This document shows, piece after piece, positions 1 to 8,128 of a DNA stretch of 27,535 nt (positions are counted from its first letter, which is position 1; each line of letters starts with the position of its first letter). The stretch is from Gemmatimonadota bacterium (GTDB lineage: Bacteria > Gemmatimonadota > Gemmatimonadetes > Longimicrobiales > Gaopeijiaceae): positions 1 through 27,535 of the forward strand of contig JBDHHQ010000059.1 of assembly GCA_039589315.1 (NCBI GenBank), in the 5' to 3' direction. The position numbers and the translations under genes were made by a program. A model generated the notes under the pieces. The model saw only the letters and a list, made by a program, of their open reading frames with translations, was not told where the DNA came from and did not search any database.

Positions 1-1117
1 GATCGTCCGACGGCACGGCGGTGTGCCCACTGGCCCCCGCATTCTTGAAACGAATGACCTGGTCGAGCGTGACGGCGGTGCCTGCGTGGAAGTAGGGCGC
101 CGTGAGCTCCACCTGGCGGAGGGGCGGGGTCCGGAACGCGTAGGGGGTCCCGCCGGTCTCGCCCCAGCCGAGGTCGTCTCCCGGTGTCGTGTCCCGTCCC
201 AGCCCATCCTGCCGCGTGCCCAGGACGTGACGCTGGAAATCGCTGAGCAGCGGCCCCGAGTGACAGGCCACGCAGCCCGCCTCGCCGATGAACAGCTCGA
301 GCCCGGCGCGCTGGCTCGGATCGAGCGCGCTCTCGTCACCCCGTAGGAACCGGTCCAGAGGGGCCTGCGGAGTGACGAGCTCCCGAACGTAGGCCGCGAG
401 GGTGCGCCGCAACGTGGTTGCCGTGATGAGGCGCTCCGGGTCGCGGCCGTGGATCTCGTCGATCTCCGGGAAGGCGGCCGCGAAGCGGTCGAGGTACTCG
501 GGGATCGCTCTCAGCCGAGCCAGCGCGCTGTCCTGGGCTACCACCTTGGGGTAGGCGAGTCCCCGGAGCTCCTTGTCGGCGCTGATGGGGTTGAGGACCT
601 GGTCCTCGATGCCGAACGCGCCCCCGCTCCAGAACATCATGCCGTTCACGGTGGGCGCGGTCCCCGAGCGACCGTAGAGGCCGGCGTTGAAGACCGTCGG
701 CGTGTTGCGGGGCATGGGACGCAGCGGCGGCTCGGGCATGGTTCGGTCCGGACCGAGTCCGTGCCCGCCTGCGCCCACCGAGAATTGCCGGCCGTCGGCG
801 AACGCGAAGCCGGGAAGGTGACAGGTCGAGCAAGCCAGGTCCTGGGGACCCGAGAGGATCGGATCGAAGAAGAGCAACTGGCCGAGCTCGACCCGGTCCG
901 TCATGAGCGGATTCTCCGGCGGCCGGGGCGGCTCACCGGGCAGGGCGGCCAGTCCCGCTGAGAGAGCCCGTTCAGCCAGCGTCGCCTCGGGCGGTTGAGG
1001 TCCCACACCCCCATCGCCGTCGGCGCAGGCCATGGCGGCCAACAGCACCGCCGGAGCCAGAGCGCAGGCGAGCCCGACGCTCGTGGAGATGCCCGGGTCC
1101 GGGCGCTCGGGTGTCAT
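1..1117 (-). CDS. Di-heme cytochrome c peroxidase/MauG-family protein, probable lipoprotein; 3' end runs off the window start; absent from the ORF track
   Basis: Manual translation from ATG 1117 is open to position 2: MTPERPDPG...VLLAAMAC...ELGQLLFFDPILSGPQDLACSTCHLP...RNTPTVFN...MFWSGG...EDQVLNPISADKEL...GLELFIGEAGCVACHSGP...FRTPPLRQVELTAPYFHAG. Two CxxCH heme motifs at 818-832 and 260-274. Confidence 0.93.
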   Translation of the reverse strand, partial: MTPERPDPGISTSVGLACALAPAVLLAAMACADGDGGVGPQPPEATLAERALSAGLAALPGEPPRPPENPLMTDRVELGQLLFFDPILSGPQDLACSTCHLPGFAFADGRQFSVGAGGHGLGPDRTMPEPPLRPMPRNTPTVFNAGLYGRSGTAPTVNGMMFWSGGAFGIEDQVLNPISADKELRGLAYPKVVAQDSALARLRAIPEYLDRFAAAFPEIDEIHGRDPERLITATTLRRTLAAYVRELVTPQAPLDRFLRGDESALDPSQRAGLELFIGEAGCVACHSGPLLSDFQRHVLGTRQDGLGRDTTPGDDLGWGETGGTPYAFRTPPLRQVELTAPYFHAGTAVTLDQVIRFKNAGASGHTAVPSDD

Positions 1118-1119
1118 GC

Positions 1120-1782
1120 TCAGCCCTCGAAGTCGGCGCTCACCGACTGGCCCGGCCGCAGCGACACCACGCGGTGGGGGGGCTGCACCGCGCACGGCGC
1201 CTGCTCCACCATGACCGTGTAGCTCCCCTCGGCGAGATCCGACGCGCTGTAGCGGCCCAGACCGCCGGTTTCCACCCTGGCGTCCGTGGCGCCGCCCACT
1301 ACGCGTAGCTTCGCTCCCTCCACGGGCAAGCCTCCGCAGCGGAGCTCTCCCACGACCTTGCCCGGAACCAGGCCCACCGCCGCGAAGACCAGGTCCACGG
1401 GCTCGCCCGACACCGTAAGGCTCTGCTGCAGCGGCTCGAACGCGGTGTGAAGGAGGCTCAGACCGGTGAGCTCCAGGCCGACCAGGCGAGCCGTATAGTC
1501 GCCGGCGGGCACGTCGGAGAACGCGAACTGGCCAGCGGCGTCGGTGACGGCGACCGCCACGACCGTTTCGTTGCCCACCAGGGCCACGATGGCGTTGGCG
1601 ATGCCGTCGCCCGTCTTCTGGCGGGCGACAACGCCCGTGACATTACCCTGCCCCGACGGCGCTCCCGCTGGACTCGCATCATCACCGCATGCGGGTACAC
1701 ACAACAGCACAGCGCCGGCCAACACCATGGCCGCCGGGTGGATGGGGTACTTCGTTGTGTCGTGCAGGAAGTCAAACGTCAA
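1120..1782 (-). CDS. Lipoprotein with two tandem carboxypeptidase-regulatory-like (Cna-B/transthyretin-like beta-sandwich) domains
   Basis: C-terminal part of track ORF 1120..2247. Hydrophobic stretch ending VPA-C, then two repeats: GNVTGVV...TDAAGQFAFSDVPAGDYT and GKVVGEL...TGGLGRYSASDLAEGSYTV. Start is either TTG 1782 (overlapping the upstream TGA) or ATG 1728. Confidence 0.8.
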   Translation of the reverse strand: MTFDFLHDTTKYPIHPAAMVLAGAVLLCVPACGDDASPAGAPSGQGNVTGVVARQKTGDGIANAIVALVGNETVVAVAVTDAAGQFAFSDVPAGDYTARLVGLELTGLSLLHTAFEPLQQSLTVSGEPVDLVFAAVGLVPGKVVGELRCGGLPVEGAKLRVVGGATDARVETGGLGRYSASDLAEGSYTVMVEQAPCAVQPPHRVVSLRPGQSVSADFEG

Positions 1783-2618
1783 TTCGGTATCTCGCAAAGC
1801 TCCGGGTCTGTAAGTGGCGCGTCGATGGCGACTCCTCGCTTCGTCGTAATGCTGATCACTCCGCCTGCCCCCTCGGATCCGTAGCTCCAGCCTCCCGCCG
1901 CCCCCTTCACGATCTCCACGTATGCCACGTCCTGGGGCCTGATCTCGTTCATGTACCGTTGGTTCGCCTCGGCGGCCTTGACGCCGTCGATGACGAGGAC
2001 CGGGGTCTTGGTGCCCTGGCCCGTCACGAACCCTCGTCCCCTCAGCCGGCCGGCTTCGCCCGGCTGCCCGCGCGATGACACCATATCCGGTGCGACGCGG
2101 CGGATGACCTCCGAGAGATACTCGACGTTCATCTCGTCGATCTCCTCGGCCGTGACGAGGATGCCTTCGGAAGACCGGCGCTTGGCTTCGTCGGCCTGAA
2201 CCTCGTGATCCCAGTTGACGGTGAAGCCGATCCGGCGGGTCTGCCACGGTGCGAGCTCCACGACAGCGTATGCGATCCGACAGCCGGGCGCGACGATGGT
2301 GATCTCGTGGACCCCGGGGACCAGGCCGGTGAACCCGACCCGCCCATTGAGGTCGGTCTTTTGCCGCTGTCCATTGGCCAGGATGACCAGGGAGCCCGGC
2401 AGGCGCTGTCCGCTGGGCATGCCGATGACGTACCCCTCGAATTGGGCCGGCGCCACCTCCGCCGTCTCCGGCGCTTTGGCCTCCATGACCTCAGGCTCCC
2501 GGGTATCGGACTCGGGAGGTGGGTTGTCCGGAGGTGGGTTCTCCTGGGCATACAACCGGGTGGATCCCGGGAGGGAGGCCGCGAGGGCCAGAAGCAGCAC
2601 GAATAACCGCCGAGTCAT
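1779..2618 (-). CDS. Secreted protein: carboxypeptidase-regulatory-like domain + TonB-dependent receptor plug domain, with no beta-barrel
   Basis: Signal peptide MTRRLFVLLLALAA...AQ from ATG 2618. TDLNGRVGFTGLVPGVHEITI domain, then plug motifs VTAEEI...LSEVIRR, PVLVIDGV, IRPQDVAYVEIVKG...YGSEGAGGVISITTK. Stop follows about 20 aa later. Confidence 0.85.
   Translation of the reverse strand: MTRRLFVLLLALAASLPGSTRLYAQENPPPDNPPPESDTREPEVMEAKAPETAEVAPAQFEGYVIGMPSGQRLPGSLVILANGQRQKTDLNGRVGFTGLVPGVHEITIVAPGCRIAYAVVELAPWQTRRIGFTVNWDHEVQADEAKRRSSEGILVTAEEIDEMNVEYLSEVIRRVAPDMVSSRGQPGEAGRLRGRGFVTGQGTKTPVLVIDGVKAAEANQRYMNEIRPQDVAYVEIVKGAAGGWSYGSEGAGGVISITTKRGVAIDAPLTDPELCEIPN
2514..2543. repeat. 15-bp tandem duplication encoding ENPPP/DNPPP linker
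   Basis: gggaggtgggttgtc / cggaggtgggttctc, 13 of 15 positions identical. Confidence 0.7.
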
Positions 2619-2694
2619 ACGTCGTCCGGCAGTGTCGGTCCGGAGCTCACCAGGCGAGCCAGGGGCGGCCGGACCGGCTGGTACGTCTATACGA

Positions 2695-2722
2695 AAGCTA
2701 AGGAGGGACGGGGGGCGCGCAA
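2695..2722 (-). promoter_or_regulatory. Putative sigma70-type promoter for the plug/lipoprotein/di-heme operon
   Basis: Minus strand TTGCGC-N16-TAGCTT, about 75 nt upstream of ATG 2618. Confidence 0.4.
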
Positions 2723-2847
2723 GGCGGGCGCCCCGCCCGGGGGGCACCGGGTCACGTGACGAGGGTCCGCTCGATGGGCAGCGATGGCCTGGCCTGTGTC
2801 ACGTCGCGCTGGCACGTTGCCGGTCGACACTACACCAGGAGGACCGC

Positions 2848-3900
2848 TTGCGGCATCGAACTTCGCTACCTGCGGTGGTCGCGCTGTGCCTCGCCACGGC
2901 GCTGGTCACGCCGCTAGGGGCGACCACACAGGACACTCGACGCCCCAGGGTCCTGATCCTCACGACCGGTGGAACGATCGCCAGCCGACCCGAGGCGCCC
3001 ATGATCGAGGGGCCGGCGTTGGTCCAGTCCGTCCCTGAGCTGCTGGAGCACGCCGACGTCGAGGTGGACGAGGTATTCCGGATCGGCTCCTCCAAGATGA
3101 TGCCCGAGAACTGGCTCCAGCTCGCGAGGCGCATCAACGAGCGCCTCCGGGCCGACGGGCAGCTCGCCGGCATCGTGGTCACCCACGGCACGGATACCAT
3201 GGAGGAGACGGCCTACTTCCTCACGCTCACGGTGCGAGACCGCCGGCCCGTCGTCCTCACCGGGTCCATGCGGGGCGCCACCGAGGTGTCGGCGGACGGG
3301 CCCGCCAATCTGCTGAACGCGGTTCGGGTCGCGGTCTCGCCCCAGGCCGCTGGGCGGGGCGTGCTGGTGGCCCTCAACGAAGAGGTGCACTCCGCTCGGG
3401 CGGTGCGGAAGACCGACAACCGGCGTGTGCAGACATTCGACTCGGGCGAGATGGGCCTCGTGGGTCACGCGGACCCGGACTCGGTGGTCTTCTACCGGCG
3501 GCCGGCCCGCCGACATACCGTCGACGCCGAGTTTCGCCTCGATCGGCTCGCCTCCCTACCCCGGGTGGACCTGTTCACCGACTACACGGGTTACGACGGC
3601 GCGACCGTCGACTTCGTGGTGACTCGGGGCGCCCAGGGGATCGTGATCGCTTCCTTCGCGGGAAGGCGCATGAGCGCCGGGGCCGTTGAAGCCGCACGGC
3701 GGGCGGCGCAATCGAGAGCCGTGGTTGTAGTGGCCTCCCGCATCCCGGCCAGCCGGGCGGCGGGTGGATCCCTGGGGCCGGAGGACTCGGTAGTCGAGGC
3801 CAGGGACCTCTCACCGCAGAAGGCCAGGATCCTGTTGATGCTGGCTCTGACCGTGACCGACGATGTCCGGGAGGTCCAGCGGATCTTCGACACGTATTAG
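2848..3900 (+). CDS. Secreted L-asparaginase/glutaminase family protein (type II-like)
   Basis: AGGAGG at 2837-2842 before TTG 2848. Sec signal, TTGGTIA, IGSS, VTHGTDTMEETAY, PVVLTGSMR, ADGPANL, VRKT, LSPQKARILLMLAL and terminal IFDTY. Confidence 0.93.
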   Translation: MRHRTSLPAVVALCLATALVTPLGATTQDTRRPRVLILTTGGTIASRPEAPMIEGPALVQSVPELLEHADVEVDEVFRIGSSKMMPENWLQLARRINERLRADGQLAGIVVTHGTDTMEETAYFLTLTVRDRRPVVLTGSMRGATEVSADGPANLLNAVRVAVSPQAAGRGVLVALNEEVHSARAVRKTDNRRVQTFDSGEMGLVGHADPDSVVFYRRPARRHTVDAEFRLDRLASLPRVDLFTDYTGYDGATVDFVVTRGAQGIVIASFAGRRMSAGAVEAARRAAQSRAVVVVASRIPASRAAGGSLGPEDSVVEARDLSPQKARILLMLALTVTDDVREVQRIFDTY

Positions 3901-3963
3901 CCGCTTCCGGCGCACCTCCCCGCGGCTCGGCGGGGGCGCCTGCGGTCGCTGCGCCGTCAGCCG

Positions 3964-5430
3964 CTACGCCCCCACGATCCCCAACGGCGGGTACCGCTCC
4001 CACATCCCCCGGGTGAAGTCCGGGAACTCCTGTGGCTGGTTACCGCTGGCCACCGCTCGCTCGCTCAGCTCGATGACGGCGCTCAGGGCTGCGGCGTCGT
4101 ACACGTTCATGTCCGTGGGCGTCCCTTCGCGCAGGCACTGGACCAGACGCCAGTCCTCGATGAAGTCCATGCCGCCGTGTCCGGCCCCGATGGCGGCCTC
4201 GCGGAGCGCCTTCCAGAGCGGGTGCTCGTAGCGGTCGTACCACGCGTCCATGTCGTCCCAGCGGTGTGGCTCGCTCTGCCCCTCCACGTACACGCGGTCC
4301 GGGTAGCCCTGGAACAGGCCCTTCGTGCCCTGGACGAGGTGGATCCGGCTGTACGGCCGGGGCAGGTTGGTGTCGTGGCTCACATAGATGGTCCGGCCCA
4401 GCGCGGTCTGGATCAGGCTCACGTTCACGTCGCCGAGGACGAACCGCTCCTGCCGCTTCGGATCGCCCTCGGGATAGTGCTCCCGCGCGTACTCCTGGAG
4501 TCCACGGGACGGGCTGCTCATGGACACCAGCGTGGCGAACCGGTCGCCCCGGTTGATGTCCATGCAGTTGGCGATGGGGCCCAGGCCGTGGGTGGGGTAG
4601 AGGTTGGCGTTGCGGTTCTTGGACCATTCCCTGCGCCAGAGGCCCTCGTGGGCGTCCTCGAACTTGATGGCCCGCAGGTCGTGGAGGTAGCCGCCTTCGC
4701 CGTGCAGGATCTCTCCGAACAGGCCCTGACGCACCATGTTCAGGACCATGAGCTCGGCGCGGCCGTAGTTGACGTTCTCCATCATTACGCAGTGCTTCTG
4801 CGTGCGTTCCGCCGTCTCCACGAGCTGCCAGCACTCGTCGATGGTCAGCGCAGCCGGAACCTCGGTGGCGGCGTGCTTCCCGTTTTCCAGGGCCGCGACG
4901 CACACGGGCACGTGCCACCGCCACGGCGTGGCGTTGAAGACCAGGTCCAACTCCCCCTCTTCGCACATGCGCACGAAATCGGTTTCGGTGTCGCCGTACG
5001 CGGCGGGCGGCGCCTGCCCCGCGTCCGCCACCCAGCCGGCCACCTCGTCGCGGCGGGCCAGGTCGATGTCGCACACGGCCCGGATCTCGACGTTGTCGAT
5101 GCCCAGGAAGTTCTGAACGTGCGCCCCACCCTGGAGCCCCACACCGACGAAGCCCATGCGGACCACATCCATGGGTGGGGCGGCGAAGGGCGCGCCGGGC
5201 GCGGGCCCCAGGGGCGGAGTCGCGGAGCCCGCGGGAGCACCGCCGCGGGTGGCGGCGCCCGGCTCGCAGCCGAGGGCGCCGCCCACGACCGCGGCCCCCA
5301 GCCCGGCGGCGCCGAGCTTCAGGAGCTCCCGGCGATCCAGGTTGTTCGGGGGTCGTGGTCTACCAGTATCGCCGACCGGGTCTTCCGTGTCGGAAGGGAC
5401 ACGCCTGCCGCGTGGGGGCTCGCCGCTCAT
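3964..5430 (-). CDS. GH109 NAD+-dependent alpha-N-acetylgalactosaminidase-like protein (Gfo/Idh/MocA fold), Tat-exported, possibly a lipoprotein
   Basis: LDRRELLK twin-arginine motif and ALG-C. Rossmann GFVGVGLQG, ATPWRWH, EVPAA, MENVNY, YPTHGLGP, GHGGMDF and PDFTRG are GH109 signatures. Confidence 0.92.
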   Translation of the reverse strand: MSGEPPRGRRVPSDTEDPVGDTGRPRPPNNLDRRELLKLGAAGLGAAVVGGALGCEPGAATRGGAPAGSATPPLGPAPGAPFAAPPMDVVRMGFVGVGLQGGAHVQNFLGIDNVEIRAVCDIDLARRDEVAGWVADAGQAPPAAYGDTETDFVRMCEEGELDLVFNATPWRWHVPVCVAALENGKHAATEVPAALTIDECWQLVETAERTQKHCVMMENVNYGRAELMVLNMVRQGLFGEILHGEGGYLHDLRAIKFEDAHEGLWRREWSKNRNANLYPTHGLGPIANCMDINRGDRFATLVSMSSPSRGLQEYAREHYPEGDPKRQERFVLGDVNVSLIQTALGRTIYVSHDTNLPRPYSRIHLVQGTKGLFQGYPDRVYVEGQSEPHRWDDMDAWYDRYEHPLWKALREAAIGAGHGGMDFIEDWRLVQCLREGTPTDMNVYDAAALSAVIELSERAVASGNQPQEFPDFTRGMWERYPPLGIVGA

Positions 5431-5575
5431 GAGGTGCTCCCTGCCTCGGTCGTTGGCTCGGGAATCGCATCACCGATTCTCAACATCACACTGACCTGTG
5501 TCGGGTCCGTAGGGAAGGCGTCACGGTGCGGGATCGGGGCACAACGCCCGGAGGGGAGCTATAGGGACTTTCCCG

Positions 5576-7990
5576 CTACCCCTCGCCCAAGGCGTCCAGT
5601 CCCTCCTGCGCCCGCCGCACCAGGACGTGCTCGGGATCGGCCTCACGCCACGCTTCCAGGAAGGCCTGATAGTGTCGGCGAGCCTCGCCCACCTGTCCTA
5701 TGGCCCGATGCGCGTCCCCGAGACCCACCATCCGGACCGTGAACCACGCGCCAAGAGGCGCACCCCACAGAGAATCGTAGTATCGGGCTGCCTGCTCCGC
5801 CTGGCCCTGGGCCAGGAGCAGCTCGGCGGTCCACCAGCGCAGTGCCTGATTGCGGCTGTTGTGGGACCAGCTCGCGAACGGCTGGATCGTGCGAGCGACG
5901 CGGAACGCCTCGGGCACGACGTCGACCTCGCCACGCCGTAGCTGCCCGTACGCGCGGGCCACGTCGATCCAGAGTGCTTCTTCACGCAAGCGCTCCACCT
6001 CCTGCTCTCCGTCGTCGGACTCGGTGGCCAAGGCCTCTTCGACCCGGGCCGCCAACAGCTGCGCATACGTGTCCAGCGCCTCGCCATGCCGTTCCCACGC
6101 CCCCAGCTCCGCGGCGAGGATCGCGGTCACGTAGCACGCCTGGCTTCCGGAGCATTCCCCGTCCATGACGAGCGATCGGACTCTGGGATCGTTCGGCACC
6201 TCGCGCCACGCCGTCCACTGGAGGAGCATGAGGAGCGAGATCCGGAGGTCGCCCCCCAGCTCCGCGGCGAATGCAAGGTCCAACGCCTGCTCGAGCCTCC
6301 CCTCCGTGAGCCGCGCGCTTTGCTCGAGTAGAGCGCCCGTGTCCGCTGCCCCACGTCGGCGGAACTCCTCGGCGATCGCCAGATCGCCGGGGACAGACCT
6401 AGGAGTCCGGCGAAAGCCGAAGAAATACCCCGTGAACAACTCCCGGTCCGGTACCTCCTCCCTGATTCGCAGGACCGCTGCCTCTCGCGAGTCGGGTGAA
6501 CCGAGGACCAGGTCGAGAAACACGTCGTACCGGCCGGCCCGCCCATCGTCCGTGGAGTGTGTCTGCAGGTCCTCCAGCAGACCGTAGGCCTGGGCCGAAT
6601 CTCCCATGCCTGCCGTGATCTCGATGGGGTGGAAGTAGATGGGGCTGAAGGTGGGGTCCAGGTCGATGGCCTTCAGGAAGGGCTGAAGGCTCTCTTCGAG
6701 GCTCACCAGCCCCTGATCGCCCTGGTGATAGTAGGCCTCGCCCAGGAGCTCCCATGCCTCCGGATCGTCGGGGTAGTTTCGCGTCGCCGAGGCGGCCTGA
6801 GCCAGCGCATCGAAGTCCTGGGTCTCCAGAAGCTGCTCGATGCCGAGGAGCTCCGCTTCCCGCGGAGGGAGTCGGTCCTCGAAGGCCAAGGCCCGCTCCA
6901 GAGCGAGGAAAGCCTCGTCGTCGCCGATGTTCCGGAGCCACCCCAATGCCCGTGACAGGCGCAGGTTGGCCAGGGCGAAGGTCGAGTCCTCGGCCACCGC
7001 ACGCCGGAAGGCGTCTGCGGCGCCCGCGAAGTCCGCAGTCCGGTACATGGCCTCGCCTTCCAGGTACGCACGAAGGGCATCCGGCGACCGGGTCGTGAGG
7101 CTCGTGGTGTGACGGAGCGAGGGCAGCTCGCCGCCGCCCGTGGCAAGGACGGCGCTGGCGGTCTCTACGGAGAGTCGGTCCACCATGGACATCACGTCGT
7201 CGGTGCTGCCCTCCACGGCTCCGGCGCCCATGGGCTCGCCCGACAGGATGTCGTAGACGTCGGTGCTGAGGCGGACCTCATCGCCCAATGCGACGGCGCT
7301 CCCGACCACCGCGTACCGGGCGCCCGTGGTGCGGGCGATGTCCAGCATGGTTTCGAGGTCGGGGGACTCGCCCGCATCCACGCGGTCCCGCCAGCGCGAC
7401 ATGACCGTCCTGGGGTCGATGGTCCGCAGGCCCCCTGTTCCGTCCAGGTTGTCGGCCAGCAGGTCCACCATGCCCTCAGCCCAGACGTCCATCTCGGGGC
7501 CCGTCACCGCAAAGGGGAGCACGGCGACGCCCAGGCCCGCCTCGTCCGCCGCGATCTCTTCGGGCCCGATGCCGGCTCCGCCCGTCAGCATCACGGCGAC
7601 TCCAGCGACGGCGAAGAGTCCCACGAAGGCGAGAACGCCGCCCGCCACGGCCCGCTTCCAAGTGAACAGCCGCGCTACGTCGGACGCGGGCAGGTCCCCG
7701 GATGACCCGCCGCCGCTCCCCGGCGCGGGCAGTCCCGTCTCACCCTCCGAGGCGGATGCGGGCCCGGGTACCGGCGCCCGGGCCACTTCGGCCTGCACCA
7801 TGGCCGTGGCGGAGATGATGACGAGTCCGATCAGCAGGAGGATCACCGAAACCGGGGCGACCCATTCGGGCAGCGCGAGAGATTCGCGCAAGACGTCCAC
7901 CACCTGGAGGATGACCCAGGACGCGCCCAGATAGAAGGCGAGGATCCTGACGATGCGGGCGTGCTTGAGCCGGTCGATGAAGTCGGACAT
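5576..7990 (-). CDS. Membrane-anchored protein: three N-terminal TM helices, TolB-N-like domain and TPR-like helical repeats
   Basis: ATG 7990 (MSDFIDRLK). TM segments YLGASWVILQV, LPEWVAPVSVILLLIGL and AVAGGVLAFVGLFAVAGVAV. GVAVLPF...GMVDLL...ARYAVVGS domain. TPR-like ALRAYLEG...AFRRAVAEDSTFALA and PDDPEAWELLGEAYYH. Confidence 0.8.
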   Translation of the reverse strand: MSDFIDRLKHARIVRILAFYLGASWVILQVVDVLRESLALPEWVAPVSVILLLIGLVIISATAMVQAEVARAPVPGPASASEGETGLPAPGSGGGSSGDLPASDVARLFTWKRAVAGGVLAFVGLFAVAGVAVMLTGGAGIGPEEIAADEAGLGVAVLPFAVTGPEMDVWAEGMVDLLADNLDGTGGLRTIDPRTVMSRWRDRVDAGESPDLETMLDIARTTGARYAVVGSAVALGDEVRLSTDVYDILSGEPMGAGAVEGSTDDVMSMVDRLSVETASAVLATGGGELPSLRHTTSLTTRSPDALRAYLEGEAMYRTADFAGAADAFRRAVAEDSTFALANLRLSRALGWLRNIGDDEAFLALERALAFEDRLPPREAELLGIEQLLETQDFDALAQAASATRNYPDDPEAWELLGEAYYHQGDQGLVSLEESLQPFLKAIDLDPTFSPIYFHPIEITAGMGDSAQAYGLLEDLQTHSTDDGRAGRYDVFLDLVLGSPDSREAAVLRIREEVPDRELFTGYFFGFRRTPRSVPGDLAIAEEFRRRGAADTGALLEQSARLTEGRLEQALDLAFAAELGGDLRISLLMLLQWTAWREVPNDPRVRSLVMDGECSGSQACYVTAILAAELGAWERHGEALDTYAQLLAARVEEALATESDDGEQEVERLREEALWIDVARAYGQLRRGEVDVVPEAFRVARTIQPFASWSHNSRNQALRWWTAELLLAQGQAEQAARYYDSLWGAPLGAWFTVRMVGLGDAHRAIGQVGEARRHYQAFLEAWREADPEHVLVRRAQEGLDALGEG

Positions 7991-8128
7991 GCCAAAACAG
8001 TACGGGTGGGTGGTGCGGCGCACCAGAATCCCGTCAGATGACGGCCCCGCAGCTGAAAGCTAAGATCTGGCCCGGCCATGCGCCGCGGATGGCGTCCGCT
8101 TCATTCATCGTGACACCGGGGCACCGCC

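Noticed and set aside
23..1308. Plus-strand track ORFs (23..346, 449..961, 995..1222 and others) and minus ORF 336..833
   Set aside because: Shadows of the di-heme cytochrome gene, whose frame carries clear family motifs.
2751..2760. Perfect palindrome GTCACGTGAC in the divergent intergenic region
   Set aside because: A single 10-mer with no cognate regulator nearby; within chance expectation.
2810..2826. TGGCACG resembling a sigma54 -24 box upstream of the asparaginase
   Set aside because: GG-N10 is followed by GT, not the required GC.
2215..2847. Long N-terminal extensions in the track (asparaginase from 2215; also 2247, 10352, 10980, 12391, 14053 and 22824)
   Set aside because: Most overlap neighbouring genes or promoter regions. 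Downstream starts fit better with RBS, signal peptides or family N-termini.
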